A program made the position numbers and the translations under genes. This document shows positions 62,897-64,000 of a DNA stretch of 64,000 nucleotides, piece after piece. The notes beneath the pieces are model-generated. The model saw nothing but the letters and a program-made list of their open reading frames with translations. It had not been told where the DNA came from and did not search any database. This DNA is from Klebsormidium nitens (Eukaryota > Plantae > Klebsormidiophyceae). How positions within the stretch are numbered: the stretch's first letter is position 1; each line of letters starts with the position of its first letter. The stretch spans positions 175,900-239,899 of the forward strand of contig DF237019.1 of assembly GCA_000708835.1 (NCBI GenBank), in the 5' to 3' direction.

Positions 62897-63597
62897 GTTG
62901 GAGGCGTTCCCTAAGTTGGTTCACCGTAGCCAACAAGCTTATGGCCGAACTTTTGAAACACGCGCCTGCTTGGTTCAAGCAAATGTCTCATGGATGCTTT
63001 TGACGGTCACGCATGAGCTTCGCCTCGCTTCATAAATGGCAAGAGGTCGATGCATGTTTTGTGAATTGATGATCGAGTCTCCTGGCTGTTTTCTATTATG
63101 GTCTATCAGTTCGTTGTACTTGGAATTGTACATTGTTGCCAATCCTGGATTCAAGCTGCACATTCCGGCTGCGTATTGTGTAGTTCAGCAATAAATTTCG
63201 TGGCTTGAGCTTGCAAAGTGATTTTGTTGAGCATAATCCCCTAGCTCAATCCCAAACGTACATTTTAGGTGCGTGATTTGTGCCGACCAGGCTAGAAGTG
63301 ATCATGGCACGCGTCATGTGCAAGTGTTGGGACCTGGCACGAGTCTTCGAACGTTGTTGGACTCGATCAATGGTGCCCACCCTCATGGGCAAAATGCGTC
63401 TGAAATAGCACGCATCCTTTCACTCGGTGGTGCGAGGAACCGGGCACTAACTGTCCGATCGTGGTCTAGTTTTAGCCTATGAAGAGCACAGGCATGTCGG
63501 TTTCGTGGCCATGTATCAGAAGAACGTCAATCTGCATGAAAGATGAAATGCTGATCGAGTCACCTGCATGGCACCTTCAATCAGTTGCATGGAGTCG

Positions 63598-63805
63598 ACG
63601 GTCTGACGGTCTGACGGCGTTTCTCCATAACTTAAGCCGGTGGAACACGAGCAACAGCCATTACCGGCCGTCCGATGACCGTTATCGACGGCTGACGTTG
63701 ATCGGCGAAAGTGATTTCGACGGCGTTTCTCCATAACTGCCGCCAGCCCCCAGAGCCTCCCCTTCCCCCGGCCTCCCCTTCCTCAGCCGGGGGGTTATGG
63801 GGCTC
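63598..63805. repeat. Short direct repeats and a GC-rich imperfect hairpin
   Basis: gacggcgtttctccataact at 63613-63632 and 63719-63738; about 3 tandem gacggtct units; ccataac (63731) and gttatgg (63794) are inverted around C-rich/G-rich tracts. Confidence 0.5.
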
Positions 63806-64000
63806 GAGAGCGGCGGCCGTATGATACAGTCAGAGGCAAAATTCATCATAGCTTATGGTGCAACGAAGTACCCGCATGGTCGTCGAAGGTAGATCGTTAT
63901 CGAAGTTAAATTTCGCCCCTGGCCGTCGAAGCTTTAGTAGGTTCGAAAGCAATTATAGGCCACTGAATACCCAAAAGCATAACCTGTCGAACTGATTTCG

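Overview
Eukaryotic nuclear DNA: GC-rich spliced exons, GT/GC-AG introns and a pol III tRNA. Gene content (plant-type PTH, DUF455, BAHD, BTB-BACK) suggests a streptophyte green alga such as Klebsormidium; this is an inference. I reconstructed by hand an intronless double-RRM gene, an 8-exon atypical long adenylate kinase, a 4-exon organellar peptidyl-tRNA hydrolase, two 6-exon paralogous membrane-embedded alpha/beta hydrolases flanking an 8-exon BAHD acyltransferase whose HXXXD reads HTFTY, tRNA-Leu(UAA), three decaying BTB-BACK copies and a 7-exon DUF455 ferritin-like gene. The most striking signal is intronic 'splice-junction echoes'. In five genes, at about ten junctions, the intron next to an exon holds 1 to about 7 tandem degenerate copies of that same junction (exon end + donor, or acceptor + exon start). 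The copies often keep AG/GT, track paralog-specific nucleotides, and in several cases differ from the exon mostly at synonymous positions.
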